Shown here piece by piece: positions 15,227-26,365 of a stretch of DNA of 64,000 nt (positions are counted from its first letter, which is position 1; each line of letters begins with the position of its first letter). The translations under genes and the position numbers were made by a program. The stretch is from a virus (Duplodnaviria > Heunggongvirae > Uroviricota > Caudoviricetes). Location of the stretch: positions 1 to 64,000 of the IMG/VR virus record IMGVR_UViG_3300032312_001770. One strand, 5' to 3'. The notes below the pieces were generated by a model. That model worked only from the letters and a program-made list of their open reading frames with translations, was not told where the DNA came from and did no database searches.

Positions 15227-16198
15227 TCAGTTTTTAGTTGTTTTTGTTTTCCAAATTGATTTTACTTTTTTGTTTATATTATTAAAAGTATTATCAAGAG
15301 TCAATTGTAATGTATCTTTGTTTTGGTCTTCATCGCCTATTATTAGATTAGAAGTAATAAAATCATTAGGTCTAAGACAGTCTACTTTATCTCTGACTCT
15401 ACATAGCTCATCAGGCCAATTCAATCCGGATTGAGCAGTTCGACTAACATTAGTAATTTTAAGATTATGGTGATTTCTTGTTAGTGTTAAAATATCTTTA
15501 ACAACAGCATAAGTAAGTCCGAGATATTCTAAAGATCCTAAAAATTCTAAATCATCACATAGTGTCGATAAAGGTAAATCCTCATTTTTAATTGATTTTT
15601 TTCTAAAGCTATAAGATTGTAATAAACACATCTCATTTCCTTTAGAAGCATGTATTATTGAAGTATATGGCATAGCCTCATCATAGTAGTTATCTATCCA
15701 ATGATGAGGCTCAGACCATGGATTATTATTTGATATTGTATATGGAGCCCACGCTGATTTATTTTTAAATTCTAAAGGTGATTTATTATAAATAATATTA
15801 GATACTTTTTTAGATATATCATCAAATATACAGCAAGAGCCAAATGAAAAATCTATATTTTCATTATCTGAATAAATTTTAACCAACTTGTCAAATGTAT
15901 AACTAGGTAAAACATCATCATCATCAATTCTAAATATTATATCACCTTCCGATAAAAGACCTTGATAAAAAAAAGACTTCATAAACAAATCATATGCAGT
16001 AAATGATGTAATGTAAACCACTCTTTTATCTGGATGATGTTTCTTAAATAAATTAACAGATTCATGTACATCTAATTCACCACTATCATCAAATACAATT
16101 AGTTCCCAATTTTCATAAGATTGACATGATATTGAAGCCAAACATTCTTTAAGATAATCAACTCTCTTATAAGTTCTAACAATTGTTGTTACTTTCAT
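15227..16198 (-). CDS. family-2 glycosyltransferase
   Basis: VRTYKRVDYLKECLASISCQSYENWELIVFDDSG plus RIDDDD. Confidence 0.75.
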   Translation of the reverse strand: MKVTTIVRTYKRVDYLKECLASISCQSYENWELIVFDDSGELDVHESVNLFKKHHPDKRVVYITSFTAYDLFMKSFFYQGLLSEGDIIFRIDDDDVLPSYTFDKLVKIYSDNENIDFSFGSCCIFDDISKKVSNIIYNKSPLEFKNKSAWAPYTISNNNPWSEPHHWIDNYYDEAMPYTSIIHASKGNEMCLLQSYSFRKKSIKNEDLPLSTLCDDLEFLGSLEYLGLTYAVVKDILTLTRNHHNLKITNVSRTAQSGLNWPDELCRVRDKVDCLRPNDFITSNLIIGDEDQNKDTLQLTLDNTFNNINKKVKSIWKTKTTKN

Positions 16199-16199
16199 A

Positions 16200-16505
16200 T
16201 TAATTTATTATTTGTCTAATTTTTTTATCGCGCAGGTCAGCAAAGGTACCAAAATTAATCGGATTTACTTGACAAACTTTACCTTTGTTTTCATCATCAG
16301 AGCATATCCAAACACTTACTCGTTCAACATCATTTGACGGTGAATAAGAAGCAGTTCTTAACTCATATTCTTTACCAATAGTTATTCTAGAATCAATTTC
16401 ATCAGTCTCACCGCCTAAATAATATAAGGTTCTTTCTTCTACACTTTTTGATTGTATTTCAGAAATATATTTTATATGTGGGAATTTTATTTTATCAAAG
16501 TCCAT
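16200..16505 (-). CDS. hypothetical protein
   Basis: 101 aa. Confidence 0.4.
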   Translation of the reverse strand: MDFDKIKFPHIKYISEIQSKSVEERTLYYLGGETDEIDSRITIGKEYELRTASYSPSNDVERVSVWICSDDENKGKVCQVNPINFGTFADLRDKKIRQIIN

Positions 16506-16506
16506 A

Positions 16507-16890
16507 TTAATTTAATATCTCGTCAATTTTTTTGTTTCTTTTATCAGCATCAGTTGTAATCCAAGTAATATCATCAGAACTAACCCAAGTCTTATCAACC
16601 ATTTCTAATAATCTCTTTTTATTATATTCACTATTGTATTCAGACTGATCGGCTTTAAGTACAATTACTTCAATCTTTGATAACTTATCAGTTGATTCTA
16701 ATTCACCAATTTCATATTGGACATCAACACTTTTTGTTCTAGTTGTAAGTTCACCAGTAACAGAAAAATTCTTATGAAGTAGTCCACGTCTTGAATATTT
16801 TTCAACAACCGGCGTTGACTTTTTCTTCCACTTAATAAATCCAATTGGAAGACCTAAAATAAATCCTATTAAAATTCCTAAATATATCAT
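16507..16890 (-). CDS. hypothetical protein with an N-terminal transmembrane helix
   Basis: MIYLGILIGFILGLPIGFI hydrophobic start. Confidence 0.4.
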   Translation of the reverse strand: MIYLGILIGFILGLPIGFIKWKKKSTPVVEKYSRRGLLHKNFSVTGELTTRTKSVDVQYEIGELESTDKLSKIEVIVLKADQSEYNSEYNKKRLLEMVDKTWVSSDDITWITTDADKRNKKIDEILN

Positions 16891-16895
16891 TGTTA

Positions 16896-18725
16896 TTAAT
16901 TTAATAAACTTTCTAATTGCTCAACTGTAATAACTTCAACTCCTAAGTCAATAGCTTTCTTTTCTTTAGAAGAGCCACTACCAATTGCCTTCATTACAAG
17001 GTAAGTAGTTGTTTTCGATACACCAGAGCTAATCTTTCCACCACGAGATTCAATTGTAGCTTCTAAGTCTGGTCTACGAACTCCAGTAAAGACAAATGAT
17101 TTACCCTCAAGATCTGTACCAACTTTAACTGCTTGAACTTTTTCTACAATTGTGACAGGTAAATCTTTGATGAATTCAAAGAATGTGTCATATGAATCAA
17201 TATACGATTGAGCAGATACTTCAGCAAATCCTTCAATTGACATTACTTGGTCAACAGTTGGTTTAGTTTTGAAATCTTCTAAAAGAATTAACTTTTTAGA
17301 ACCTAATCCTTTGAAGATACCTGTAGCATGTTGTAGTTTAGACAACTGAACATCACTAACAGACTTTTGAATAGACTTATAAACAATGTCAGCTTTACGT
17401 TTACCAAAACGGTCAATCTTCTCTAAGTCAGAAGTTTTAAGAGTAAGAATATCTTTGATGGTTTTATAACCAGCTTCCCATAATTGAGTGATAACTCCTT
17501 CTGACACATTGTCTGCTTCTAAGATTTCAAAGAAAGCAACAATCTTTTTTAACTTTTGGTCGTCAGTTTCAGTTAAAGTAATTAACTCAATACCGGCTTC
17601 ATTCCAATCTACTTCAACACCTTCAATTGTTGGTTGAACAAATTCAACTGGAGTGATAACATCAGCAATGATTGGAATAACCATTCCAGAGCGTTTTACG
17701 ACTACTTTAGCTCCTACACCAAGTCCTAAGTCTTTTACAAATCTAGCGTTGTTACCAGTCACGTTAGACACAGTTACACCATCAAGTTTAACAGGATTGA
17801 TATGTAAGATTGGTTTTAATAAACCTTGTTTAGATATATTCCAAGAAATGCCGATAACATCAGTTTCGACAGATTGCTCAAAACTTGGATGTTTGAAGGC
17901 ACGAGCCCAAACTGGATTATTTGAAGAAGTTTCACGACCTAACTTATCTTGAAGTTTTAAGTTATTTAATTCGATAATCAAACCATCGATTTCATATTCA
18001 GTAGAGAACTTATGAAATAAATCAATAAGTAAGTCTTCTGATAAATCAGATAGTTGACAAATATAATATTGTACTTTTGATGCTTGTCCTTTATTAAGTT
18101 CGTTAATAACTTCTTGTTTAGTTAAAAAGTTTCTTTTACAAACAGCACCGTATTTAATATATTGACAATCTTTAAGAGAGTCACTTACAGTTTTAGAGTT
18201 TAACAAACCAGCGACTAAGTTGCGAGGATTTGCGAAATCAGCAGAGAATTTATCAATGAATACCTTTTTAGGTATCATTACTTCACCATAAGTAAAACTA
18301 AATGAATCTTCTTCTAAGTTTAAGTGATTTTGAATCAAAGCGTAATGTTCGCTTGACTTTTGACCAAACTCACCATCACCACGAGTCCAAGCCTCTGAAG
18401 TAGTTTCATTAACACATAATGAAAGACCGTCAAACTTTGGTGTGATAATAACCCATTCAGATTTTGAAATTCCTTTTAGGCGAGACCAATCATCAACATC
18501 ATTCATCGACTTGATTTTATTCATCGAAGCCATTTCAATAGGAAGACGAGATTTGCGTGTTTCATCAGCAATTTCAATACCTACTTTTGTAAGTAATTCA
18601 TCATCTGGTGATAATAAAGATAATTCGTCAACTAGTTGGTCATACTTAGCATCAGATATGATTGGTTGTCCCAATCTATAGGCATCATTTGCCTTAATAA
18701 TTTGTTCTTTTAGTTGTTCAATCAT
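16896..18725 (-). CDS. ligA: NAD+-dependent DNA ligase (LigA)
   Basis: Adenylation motif ITPKFDGLS (KxDG), 609 aa; N-terminal Ia-domain-like region, C-terminal HhH/BRCT-like region. Confidence 0.85.
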   Translation of the reverse strand: MIEQLKEQIIKANDAYRLGQPIISDAKYDQLVDELSLLSPDDELLTKVGIEIADETRKSRLPIEMASMNKIKSMNDVDDWSRLKGISKSEWVIITPKFDGLSLCVNETTSEAWTRGDGEFGQKSSEHYALIQNHLNLEEDSFSFTYGEVMIPKKVFIDKFSADFANPRNLVAGLLNSKTVSDSLKDCQYIKYGAVCKRNFLTKQEVINELNKGQASKVQYYICQLSDLSEDLLIDLFHKFSTEYEIDGLIIELNNLKLQDKLGRETSSNNPVWARAFKHPSFEQSVETDVIGISWNISKQGLLKPILHINPVKLDGVTVSNVTGNNARFVKDLGLGVGAKVVVKRSGMVIPIIADVITPVEFVQPTIEGVEVDWNEAGIELITLTETDDQKLKKIVAFFEILEADNVSEGVITQLWEAGYKTIKDILTLKTSDLEKIDRFGKRKADIVYKSIQKSVSDVQLSKLQHATGIFKGLGSKKLILLEDFKTKPTVDQVMSIEGFAEVSAQSYIDSYDTFFEFIKDLPVTIVEKVQAVKVGTDLEGKSFVFTGVRRPDLEATIESRGGKISSGVSKTTTYLVMKAIGSGSSKEKKAIDLGVEVITVEQLESLLN

Positions 18726-18753
18726 TTTACAAAGATAGTTAATTTTTTATTAA

Positions 18754-18996
18754 TTAAAGAATTTTATCAAGATTTTTATTACGATTATATGTTTTTTCAT
18801 CATAAACTTCAATTACATAACCTTCAATCTTAAATTCAGAAGCCCATTTGTCATATCCAGTTTTGTAACGAGGATTTTCTTCTAAAACTTTTTGAATAGC
18901 ATCTTCTTTGGTCTCAGAGACTACTTGATACTCCGGTCTTGATGTGTGCCAACCACCATCATTAAATGTAACTGTCCATATTTTTATCATAGACAA
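18754..18996 (-). CDS. hypothetical protein
   Basis: 80 aa. Confidence 0.4.
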   Translation of the reverse strand: MSMIKIWTVTFNDGGWHTSRPEYQVVSETKEDAIQKVLEENPRYKTGYDKWASEFKIEGYVIEVYDEKTYNRNKNLDKIL

Positions 18997-19077
18997 ATAT
19001 AAGGAATTAATTTATTAAAAACAAATATTAAAGAAATGAGTAGAATTTAATATATAAGAAAAATCAATAGATTAAAA

Positions 19078-22000
19078 ATGCCAATTCAAAGCTCATTTCC
19101 GACAGTCGCTGACCAGGTCATTTCTTCCAATAAGAATATTATAGAAATACTAGGTCAAATTAATAGTTTAACAACAACATCAGATCAATCAGTAAATATT
19201 AAAATTAATGATGAAAATGGAGTTCTAAGAACTTTTGCAGTTCCTTCATTCACATCATTAAAGGCAGATATAGATAGACTGAATAATAATATTAATTCAC
19301 TTTATAGCATTGATGCAAATGGCTCAATGATTTCAACATCTAGCCAAAATAAATATAAAAAAATAATTACTGTAGATTTAAATAGAGAACCAAATGCAGT
19401 CGGAACGCTTGGTGCGCTTACTAAATTCAAAGCTGTTAATAACTGGTTTTTTGACGGACTTATGAGTCCAATCATTTCTGTTGAATTGGATTTAACTAAT
19501 AAAGTAGAAAATAATGTAAGAAAAGTTTTAAGTAGAAGATATATTGTTGATTTTGCTTCTGATGCTTCAGGTAATTTAACGGCATTAGGTCAATCAGCAC
19601 TAAATAGCTTTAATACTCAATTTAGAGGAAACTCTTCAATATTGGTAACCGATTTTGAAAACTGGCACAATACAACACCTGGTGTTCTTTATCCTACAAA
19701 TCCTCAATTTGATGAACAAGTATTTGATTTAGATCCACATGACTTATTATATGATGGTCAGTTTTCTGTGATTAAAATACAAGAAGATAGAATTAATAGA
19801 AAGCTTTTTTACGTTTTAGACACTTTAACATATTTAGTTAGAAGTACTAATCAAACGGCTCAATTATCTATTGGCAGTGAGGTTATCATCAATTCTCCTC
19901 AAACATCAACAAGATATAAAGTAATTGAGGTATCAACTGCGGAATCTAGTCCAAGAGTTAGATTTGAAAGAGTTGAAGGTATGGAAGCTATTCCAGTTGG
20001 AATTGGAACTCTTAAAATCTACTCACCAGTTATTTATAATAAGAAAGTAAAAGTAAGTGTTGGATATAATGAAAGAAATGTAATCTTTGTTAAACCTATA
20101 AATGCAGATGTTAATTTATTAGCAAGAAATTGGAGTTTAGGTACAGGATTCTGGACAAATGATTTAACACTAGATTCAACAGCACCTGAGAACGGTCTTA
20201 CTATGGAACAATTCTATACAGATTATGTATATGACTATGGCACAGTTCTAAAAGATTTAGTTGCTAAAAAAACACCTAATTCTTTAGCTGGTACACCAGT
20301 ATCACCAACATTAAATGCTACTAACTTTAAAGTTGTTCAAATTAATAAACACTTAACAGATACGCCAAATTCTAATTTAATTAAACAAAAGCATAATTAT
20401 CAATTAACACTAAAATCTGAAATTCAACAAATTCAAGATGCTATTGTAGATAAAAATGCTAAATCTAAATTTGTTAAATTTAAATCAGAATCTGATAAAA
20501 AACAAGTTAGTTTAGAAATCGAAGAACTTTCAAGAAAGAAAGATAGTAAATCTAAATTACTCGGTACTACAACTCAAGAGATTATTCAATTATCTAATAG
20601 TCCTCAAACAAAGGTACAACCTAAATTCAGAATTAGAGGATTCTGGACTATACCATCTGCTGTTATAACAAGAGGTACAAGACCTCAAGAGATTGTACAA
20701 TTTAGAGTTCAATATAGATACTTGAGTAAAGATGGTTCTGAAGCTCCTATTGAAACATTTTCAATTGATGCTACTCAGAAAAAAGGTGCATTCTCAAACT
20801 GGAATGAATTTAAAACAGATGCTAGAAAAAGAACTTATAATCAAGGAACTGGCGAATACACTTGGGAAATTGAAGATGTTGAAAAGGCAGATACGCCAAA
20901 CATTAATCAATTAGACTTAGATATTCAAGCTAATGAGAAGATTGAAGTTAGAATTAAATCTATATCTGAAGTTGGTTGGCCCGAATCTCCAGTAGAATCA
21001 GATTGGTCTGAAATTTTAAGTATTGAATTTCCAGATGATTTAAATAACGTTTTAAATGAAAATGATTTCATATTAAAAGCAGCCACATCAGAAGATTTAA
21101 AAATTAAAATGAATCAAGAGTTATCAGCCAAGGGTTTAGATGACCATTTAGCTGACACTATTGTTGTTAATAATGTTACTTTTAATCACGATGCTAGTAG
21201 AATACTATCAGGATTTAAAGATGGTAATGGTGTATCACTTGATTTATTTACCTATTTAAAATCCTTACAAGATAGAATTGCCACACTTGAAGAAAGAATA
21301 CAAAGAGTTAAAGGTGAACTTGAAATTGTTATTCTTAGAAATAATCAAGAGTTTGTAGTTGCTAATGGTAGTGAAACTACATTTAATATTGATTGTGAGG
21401 ATTATCTTGATAGCTATACAGGATCTGGTATACCAACTGGTAGAGTTTATGCTAATAATATTTATGTAATTAAAGACTTTGTTGTTAGAGTTAGAAATAA
21501 ATCAACAAGTTCTGCATTAGGATTACTTTCTAATAGAACTTATTTACAAAATCCAAACGTTTATAACACAGGAGTTCCTCAAACATTCTGGGTTAATGAC
21601 CAGGATGAATTAATAACATCAGATGCTTCGGGTCAAACAAGAACACAATTAGATAATCAATTTATATGGACTATAAATTATGACTCGGTTTTAGAAACAT
21701 CAGTTACTAAATTAACAGAGAACATAGGAAATACATTCAACACAAACGCATCAAACTCTATTACTAACATTCTATCATCTAATGAATATAATGTTGGTTT
21801 TAACGAAACATCTATACTTTCATTTGTTAGTAATAATAAATCATTATTAGATCCATCTAAATGGATAGATACAAATATTTCAGTTTCTTCTACAACTAAA
21901 CTATTAACAACTATACATCCCGTTGTTCCTAACTTAGAAACAATTGTTGAAACAAACTCGGAAAAAGTAAAAACAGTAAATACTGGTGATGCTAACTCTA

Positions 22001-22245
22001 CTGTTATTCCAATTAACATTTATTTCAAAATGAACGCATTGGATAATAACCAACCTGCATTAAACTATAAATATATCAATCTAAATTCATCTAGACAAAC
22101 AGTACAACACGTTAAGAGGATTAAATTCTTTTTAGAAAATGAAGCTGAAAATAGACCATTTGTGTTTAGTATTAAATTTAACATAAATAGAAGTAAAGTA
22201 ATTGTTAGAAAAGTGACTCAAGCAATTAACACCTCTATCAGATAA
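19078..22245 (+). CDS. large virion structural protein (1055 aa)
   Basis: Long Asn/Ser/Thr-rich ORF with TTTAATATATAA upstream; first of three adjacent giant ORFs. Confidence 0.55.
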   Translation: MPIQSSFPTVADQVISSNKNIIEILGQINSLTTTSDQSVNIKINDENGVLRTFAVPSFTSLKADIDRLNNNINSLYSIDANGSMISTSSQNKYKKIITVDLNREPNAVGTLGALTKFKAVNNWFFDGLMSPIISVELDLTNKVENNVRKVLSRRYIVDFASDASGNLTALGQSALNSFNTQFRGNSSILVTDFENWHNTTPGVLYPTNPQFDEQVFDLDPHDLLYDGQFSVIKIQEDRINRKLFYVLDTLTYLVRSTNQTAQLSIGSEVIINSPQTSTRYKVIEVSTAESSPRVRFERVEGMEAIPVGIGTLKIYSPVIYNKKVKVSVGYNERNVIFVKPINADVNLLARNWSLGTGFWTNDLTLDSTAPENGLTMEQFYTDYVYDYGTVLKDLVAKKTPNSLAGTPVSPTLNATNFKVVQINKHLTDTPNSNLIKQKHNYQLTLKSEIQQIQDAIVDKNAKSKFVKFKSESDKKQVSLEIEELSRKKDSKSKLLGTTTQEIIQLSNSPQTKVQPKFRIRGFWTIPSAVITRGTRPQEIVQFRVQYRYLSKDGSEAPIETFSIDATQKKGAFSNWNEFKTDARKRTYNQGTGEYTWEIEDVEKADTPNINQLDLDIQANEKIEVRIKSISEVGWPESPVESDWSEILSIEFPDDLNNVLNENDFILKAATSEDLKIKMNQELSAKGLDDHLADTIVVNNVTFNHDASRILSGFKDGNGVSLDLFTYLKSLQDRIATLEERIQRVKGELEIVILRNNQEFVVANGSETTFNIDCEDYLDSYTGSGIPTGRVYANNIYVIKDFVVRVRNKSTSSALGLLSNRTYLQNPNVYNTGVPQTFWVNDQDELITSDASGQTRTQLDNQFIWTINYDSVLETSVTKLTENIGNTFNTNASNSITNILSSNEYNVGFNETSILSFVSNNKSLLDPSKWIDTNISVSSTTKLLTTIHPVVPNLETIVETNSEKVKTVNTGDANSTVIPINIYFKMNALDNNQPALNYKYINLNSSRQTVQHVKRIKFFLENEAENRPFVFSIKFNINRSKVIVRKVTQAINTSIR

Positions 22246-22260
22246 AATAAATTTTCAAGT

Positions 22261-25200
22261 GTGAAGAGCTTCGCTATATTAAGGACTAACGTAGGATTGA
22301 CAACGAATATCAAAGTAATGGTTGATAGTAGTTATAATTTATCACTTAGTAGTATTGAATCAAAAGATGAACTATCTAATAGTAAATTCAAAAAAGTTGA
22401 TTTTATTAAAAAGAACTATTATGATGAATTAGTTACTTATTTCTATGATGGTTTACCGTCAGATATTGCATTTTATATTAAATATGAAAATGACATAGAC
22501 TCAATGTCTAATGATTATTCGGTGCAGTATGATGAAATTTATCAATATGGTGCTAGAAATATAACTAATAATAAAAATTACAAAGAAGAATTTGAATATT
22601 TTGCACCACTTTATATTTCACCAAATAATCTACCAAAGAATTTTATTATTTTTAGAGTAGATGGTGCAGGTATTGATACAATAACTAAAGATAATTTTAA
22701 AAATAATATACTCAGTAAATTCAAAACAGTTAAGTTGTTTGATTTGACTAGAAATACAGGTATTGGTGAATGGTTAGATTTGAACTTTAATAAAAACTCT
22801 TTCTTTCCCTTGACTCCATTTGAAATGAGTTTTCAAAATTTAGAATTCTCTAAATGGAATGGTATAGATTATGAAACAGGTGGTTACACAAGTAAGTCTC
22901 AGTTCTTAGAATCAGTTTATGAAGAAGAAAAAGAAATATACGAACTTGAAAAGTTTGTTTTTGATGGATATCAAAATAATAAATTAGTATTTCCTAATAT
23001 TCTTAATATGTCATTTTTATTTGATGACATGCCAGCAAACTCTGATACCTTTAGAAAATGGTCTATAAATAGATATTACGGATTTTATCTAGAAGATATG
23101 ACTATGGTAAAATCAATTTCACCTTATATAACACCATTTATTAAATCCAATGTTATTATTCAAGAAGGTAATATACTTTACTCACCAACAGGTGACCCAT
23201 TTGTTGAAGGATTTTTAGACCATAAAGTATATTATGTTGAATACAATGGTGAGTATTATAAAGTTGAAAATTTTCAAGGTATAACACCAAATGTTTTACA
23301 ATCGGTTCAAAATGGAAATGTTGTTACACAACAATATACTAACAAAGTAACTGATAAGTATAGAATTATATCTGATATTGATTTAACAGGTAAACAATCT
23401 ATGTTAAATAAAGGATTTGGAACTATTGCTGGAGATGATACTGTTTATCCTAATAGATTATTAAACTATGATAATACTAACTATTTATTTGATGATTGGG
23501 ATTCTGCTGATATTTGGTTAATTGAAATTGATGGTATGTATCACAATTTAGTTAGAGAAAGTGGTCCAGAATTAGTAAATGGTGTTAAAACCAATACAAC
23601 AAGAATTAGAATCAATAGTGATTACTCATTCAAAGTAAATCAAAATGATTACATGTATTGGATTAATAAAACTGATTCAAATTACACTAAAAAAGTAAGT
23701 TTTGTAGTTGATAAAGACAATGCTCCTAAGAAGTTTAATATTTACAAACTTAAATTCACAGATATTAAAGATTTTGATGATAAAATTATTGATACTGAAT
23801 ATTCTAAATATGAGTATGAAAATAAATTTACATTAACTGATACAGATGAAACTAAGATGTATCTTACTAATTTAGATAGTAAAACTTTTCCAAAGAACTA
23901 TGATGACTTTACATATAACTCAGAAGTAGTTAATATTCCAGTTTCATCTGAATATACAGCTAACTATGAAACATTTAAGATAGATAGAGGTAATCTTTCG
24001 GAAATATGGAGAAAGAATGCTACCTATTGTAGATGGGGGTTTCAAAATTCATTATCAGCAAACGATGTTCCTTACTTATTAAATAATTCATTAATGTTTG
24101 AAGATTATAATAGAACTGCTAACCCTTTTGATCCTGATACAAAAAGAATTGAAAGAAACTTAGACTACTTCTATACTATTAACTCTTCTACATCATCTTA
24201 TATTCATCACACTTTACATGTTGAAAATCAAAAAACATCTGGAATAGATAGTACATTTAAGTTTGAAGTTAACAAATATTTGAACTTAGCAACCTACTCA
24301 GTAGGAACTGGCTCAGCAACTTATAGCTTTGACTATTTTTCTTATTTCTTTGAAAGAAATGCTAATTTTGATAATCTTAGAATAAATAAAAATGTTAAAA
24401 AATACTCAATATTTAATACAGGTAATAATTCTATACCAAACATATCACTATTTAAGGGTATTAAGTTTTTAATTTATGATATAGATGACATTAAAAAAGA
24501 TGAAACTGGAGCAATAAGTGTATTAAACTTGAAAACATCAAATAATTTTGATGGATATAAGTTTTCTATTTTATTATCTGATAATGACTGGTCAGTTGTA
24601 GATTCACCAAGTGGTAATAATATTGGCGTTTTAACACAATCTCAAAATTTAATGAACTGGACTATATTTGATGATTGGAAAATGGATAAAACTTATAAAT
24701 TAAATGATATAGTAGTAAAAGACGACATTTTATACAAATCATCAATTATAAATAATATAACAACAAACCCGGTAAGAGAATATGGATTGGCAAAAAAATC
24801 TATGTCGGCTCCTTATAACCAAGTTGGTTGGGTGCCTTACACAACAGTAAGTGGTAAATCTGTTTTTTGGAGCCCAATAGGTACTTACCCGGGCTCTGGT
24901 GTTGGTGATAATAATGATATTGTTTACAATAATGATGATTATTACTACTTTTATAATGCTGGTGGTACCAATGACTTTTGGAATCCAATTCAATCGGATT
25001 CTACTGCAGGTTACACACAAAGTGCGATTGTTTTATTTAAAGGTAAATATTACATGTCGATGACGGCTTCAAATCACTATAGACCAGACTATCAACAGCC
25101 TTATAAAATAACAAGATCTTATAGTTCAATTAGAAGTGGTTTGGAAGGTATATCTGTTTTTGAAAATGTAGGTAGTTATTATTGGGTAGAGACTCAACCG

Positions 25201-26364
25201 TCTAATCCAAAATGGAAAACAATAGGTGTTTGGAACCCAAGTGTTTCATATACTAATACTTACATTGTTCATAACCGAGTAGTTTACTCTTGTATTTCGT
25301 CAGCAACTGGAAATGAACCAGGCATATCAAATGATTGGAAAAGACAGTATAGTTTAGTACCGGATACTTCTATAGCTTACAACTCGTCAACAAATCCTAT
25401 AATTGAAATGAATGATTCTTATTATATGATTAACACCAATGCTTCAAATTCAACTTTAGAAAATGGAATTAACATTTATATAAATAAAAAATGGAAAAAT
25501 ATATTAGTTAATATAAATATTGCGGATAATACTATACCAAATATATCAGAAAGTGATAGAGATACTATGTATGGTGATCTTAATAAAAAATTAACAGCTA
25601 ATAATTTCATACAATGTATAAATGACTTATCAAATAAATTCGGATTTACAGATTATGTAAATTACATAATTATTAATGAAAATGGTAGTATTAAAAAATA
25701 TAACTATAATAATATAGAAGGTTTACCTTATCATATATCCTGTGAGACACCGGAAGAGGTTGTTATGAAACTTAATTCAATTATAAGAAAACCTATTGCT
25801 TTACCTAAGAAATTAAAGCCAATTAATATTCTATCATCTATTTCGACAAATTTATCGAATTTAAATTACTACAATAATATATCAGTAGCTGCTGAGATAT
25901 TAACAAATAAAGATACACCTAAACCAATAGCTAATTTACATGGTACCAAAAATATAACTGAAGAAGTAATTTATAGATTTAGTGGATTCTATATGCCTAT
26001 TTTTTATGATATACAGTTATTTAATAAAAATTCTTTTACAGCTTCTGTTGGTAATTACAAATTTGACACAACATTAACCGAATTTGGACTGATAAAAGAA
26101 AGAAAAGTAAGAAAAGTAAATCACAATGGTTCTGTTCTTAAATTAAAGAATGTAAAAGATGAAAAATCTATTTATCCAATGGTTCAGGAGTTTGGATATA
26201 CAACAATAAATACATTTATATTTAAGTCAACTTGGGATTTGAATTATCATTATATAACATCAAATAGTGATGTTGTTATTTCAAATTTAGAATCTAAATC
26301 AAGACTTGTTAGAAATCCTGGTTTAATAGGTGTTCAAAATCCAATTAAAAATATAAATTTATAA
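22261..26364 (+). CDS. large virion structural protein (1367 aa), GTG start
   Basis: Continuous ORF 16 nt after the previous gene. Confidence 0.55.
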   Translation: MKSFAILRTNVGLTTNIKVMVDSSYNLSLSSIESKDELSNSKFKKVDFIKKNYYDELVTYFYDGLPSDIAFYIKYENDIDSMSNDYSVQYDEIYQYGARNITNNKNYKEEFEYFAPLYISPNNLPKNFIIFRVDGAGIDTITKDNFKNNILSKFKTVKLFDLTRNTGIGEWLDLNFNKNSFFPLTPFEMSFQNLEFSKWNGIDYETGGYTSKSQFLESVYEEEKEIYELEKFVFDGYQNNKLVFPNILNMSFLFDDMPANSDTFRKWSINRYYGFYLEDMTMVKSISPYITPFIKSNVIIQEGNILYSPTGDPFVEGFLDHKVYYVEYNGEYYKVENFQGITPNVLQSVQNGNVVTQQYTNKVTDKYRIISDIDLTGKQSMLNKGFGTIAGDDTVYPNRLLNYDNTNYLFDDWDSADIWLIEIDGMYHNLVRESGPELVNGVKTNTTRIRINSDYSFKVNQNDYMYWINKTDSNYTKKVSFVVDKDNAPKKFNIYKLKFTDIKDFDDKIIDTEYSKYEYENKFTLTDTDETKMYLTNLDSKTFPKNYDDFTYNSEVVNIPVSSEYTANYETFKIDRGNLSEIWRKNATYCRWGFQNSLSANDVPYLLNNSLMFEDYNRTANPFDPDTKRIERNLDYFYTINSSTSSYIHHTLHVENQKTSGIDSTFKFEVNKYLNLATYSVGTGSATYSFDYFSYFFERNANFDNLRINKNVKKYSIFNTGNNSIPNISLFKGIKFLIYDIDDIKKDETGAISVLNLKTSNNFDGYKFSILLSDNDWSVVDSPSGNNIGVLTQSQNLMNWTIFDDWKMDKTYKLNDIVVKDDILYKSSIINNITTNPVREYGLAKKSMSAPYNQVGWVPYTTVSGKSVFWSPIGTYPGSGVGDNNDIVYNNDDYYYFYNAGGTNDFWNPIQSDSTAGYTQSAIVLFKGKYYMSMTASNHYRPDYQQPYKITRSYSSIRSGLEGISVFENVGSYYWVETQPSNPKWKTIGVWNPSVSYTNTYIVHNRVVYSCISSATGNEPGISNDWKRQYSLVPDTSIAYNSSTNPIIEMNDSYYMINTNASNSTLENGINIYINKKWKNILVNINIADNTIPNISESDRDTMYGDLNKKLTANNFIQCINDLSNKFGFTDYVNYIIINENGSIKKYNYNNIEGLPYHISCETPEEVVMKLNSIIRKPIALPKKLKPINILSSISTNLSNLNYYNNISVAAEILTNKDTPKPIANLHGTKNITEEVIYRFSGFYMPIFYDIQLFNKNSFTASVGNYKFDTTLTEFGLIKERKVRKVNHNGSVLKLKNVKDEKSIYPMVQEFGYTTINTFIFKSTWDLNYHYITSNSDVVISNLESKSRLVRNPGLIGVQNPIKNINL

Positions 26365-26365
26365 T

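Noticed and set aside
17653-17952. Small ORFs nested antisense or out of frame inside large genes (17653, 18442, 20732, 21678, 24742, 24800, 31003, 32445, 33200, 33454, 34618, 35979, 37446, 47629, 49691, 50582, 51558, 56336, 56649, 61688, 63109, 63677, 12776, 14205, 15204, 8790, 809, 36654, 41082)
   Set aside because: Each is fully contained in or antisense to a longer, better-supported ORF with recognisable domains or operon context; they have low-complexity composition and no motif support.
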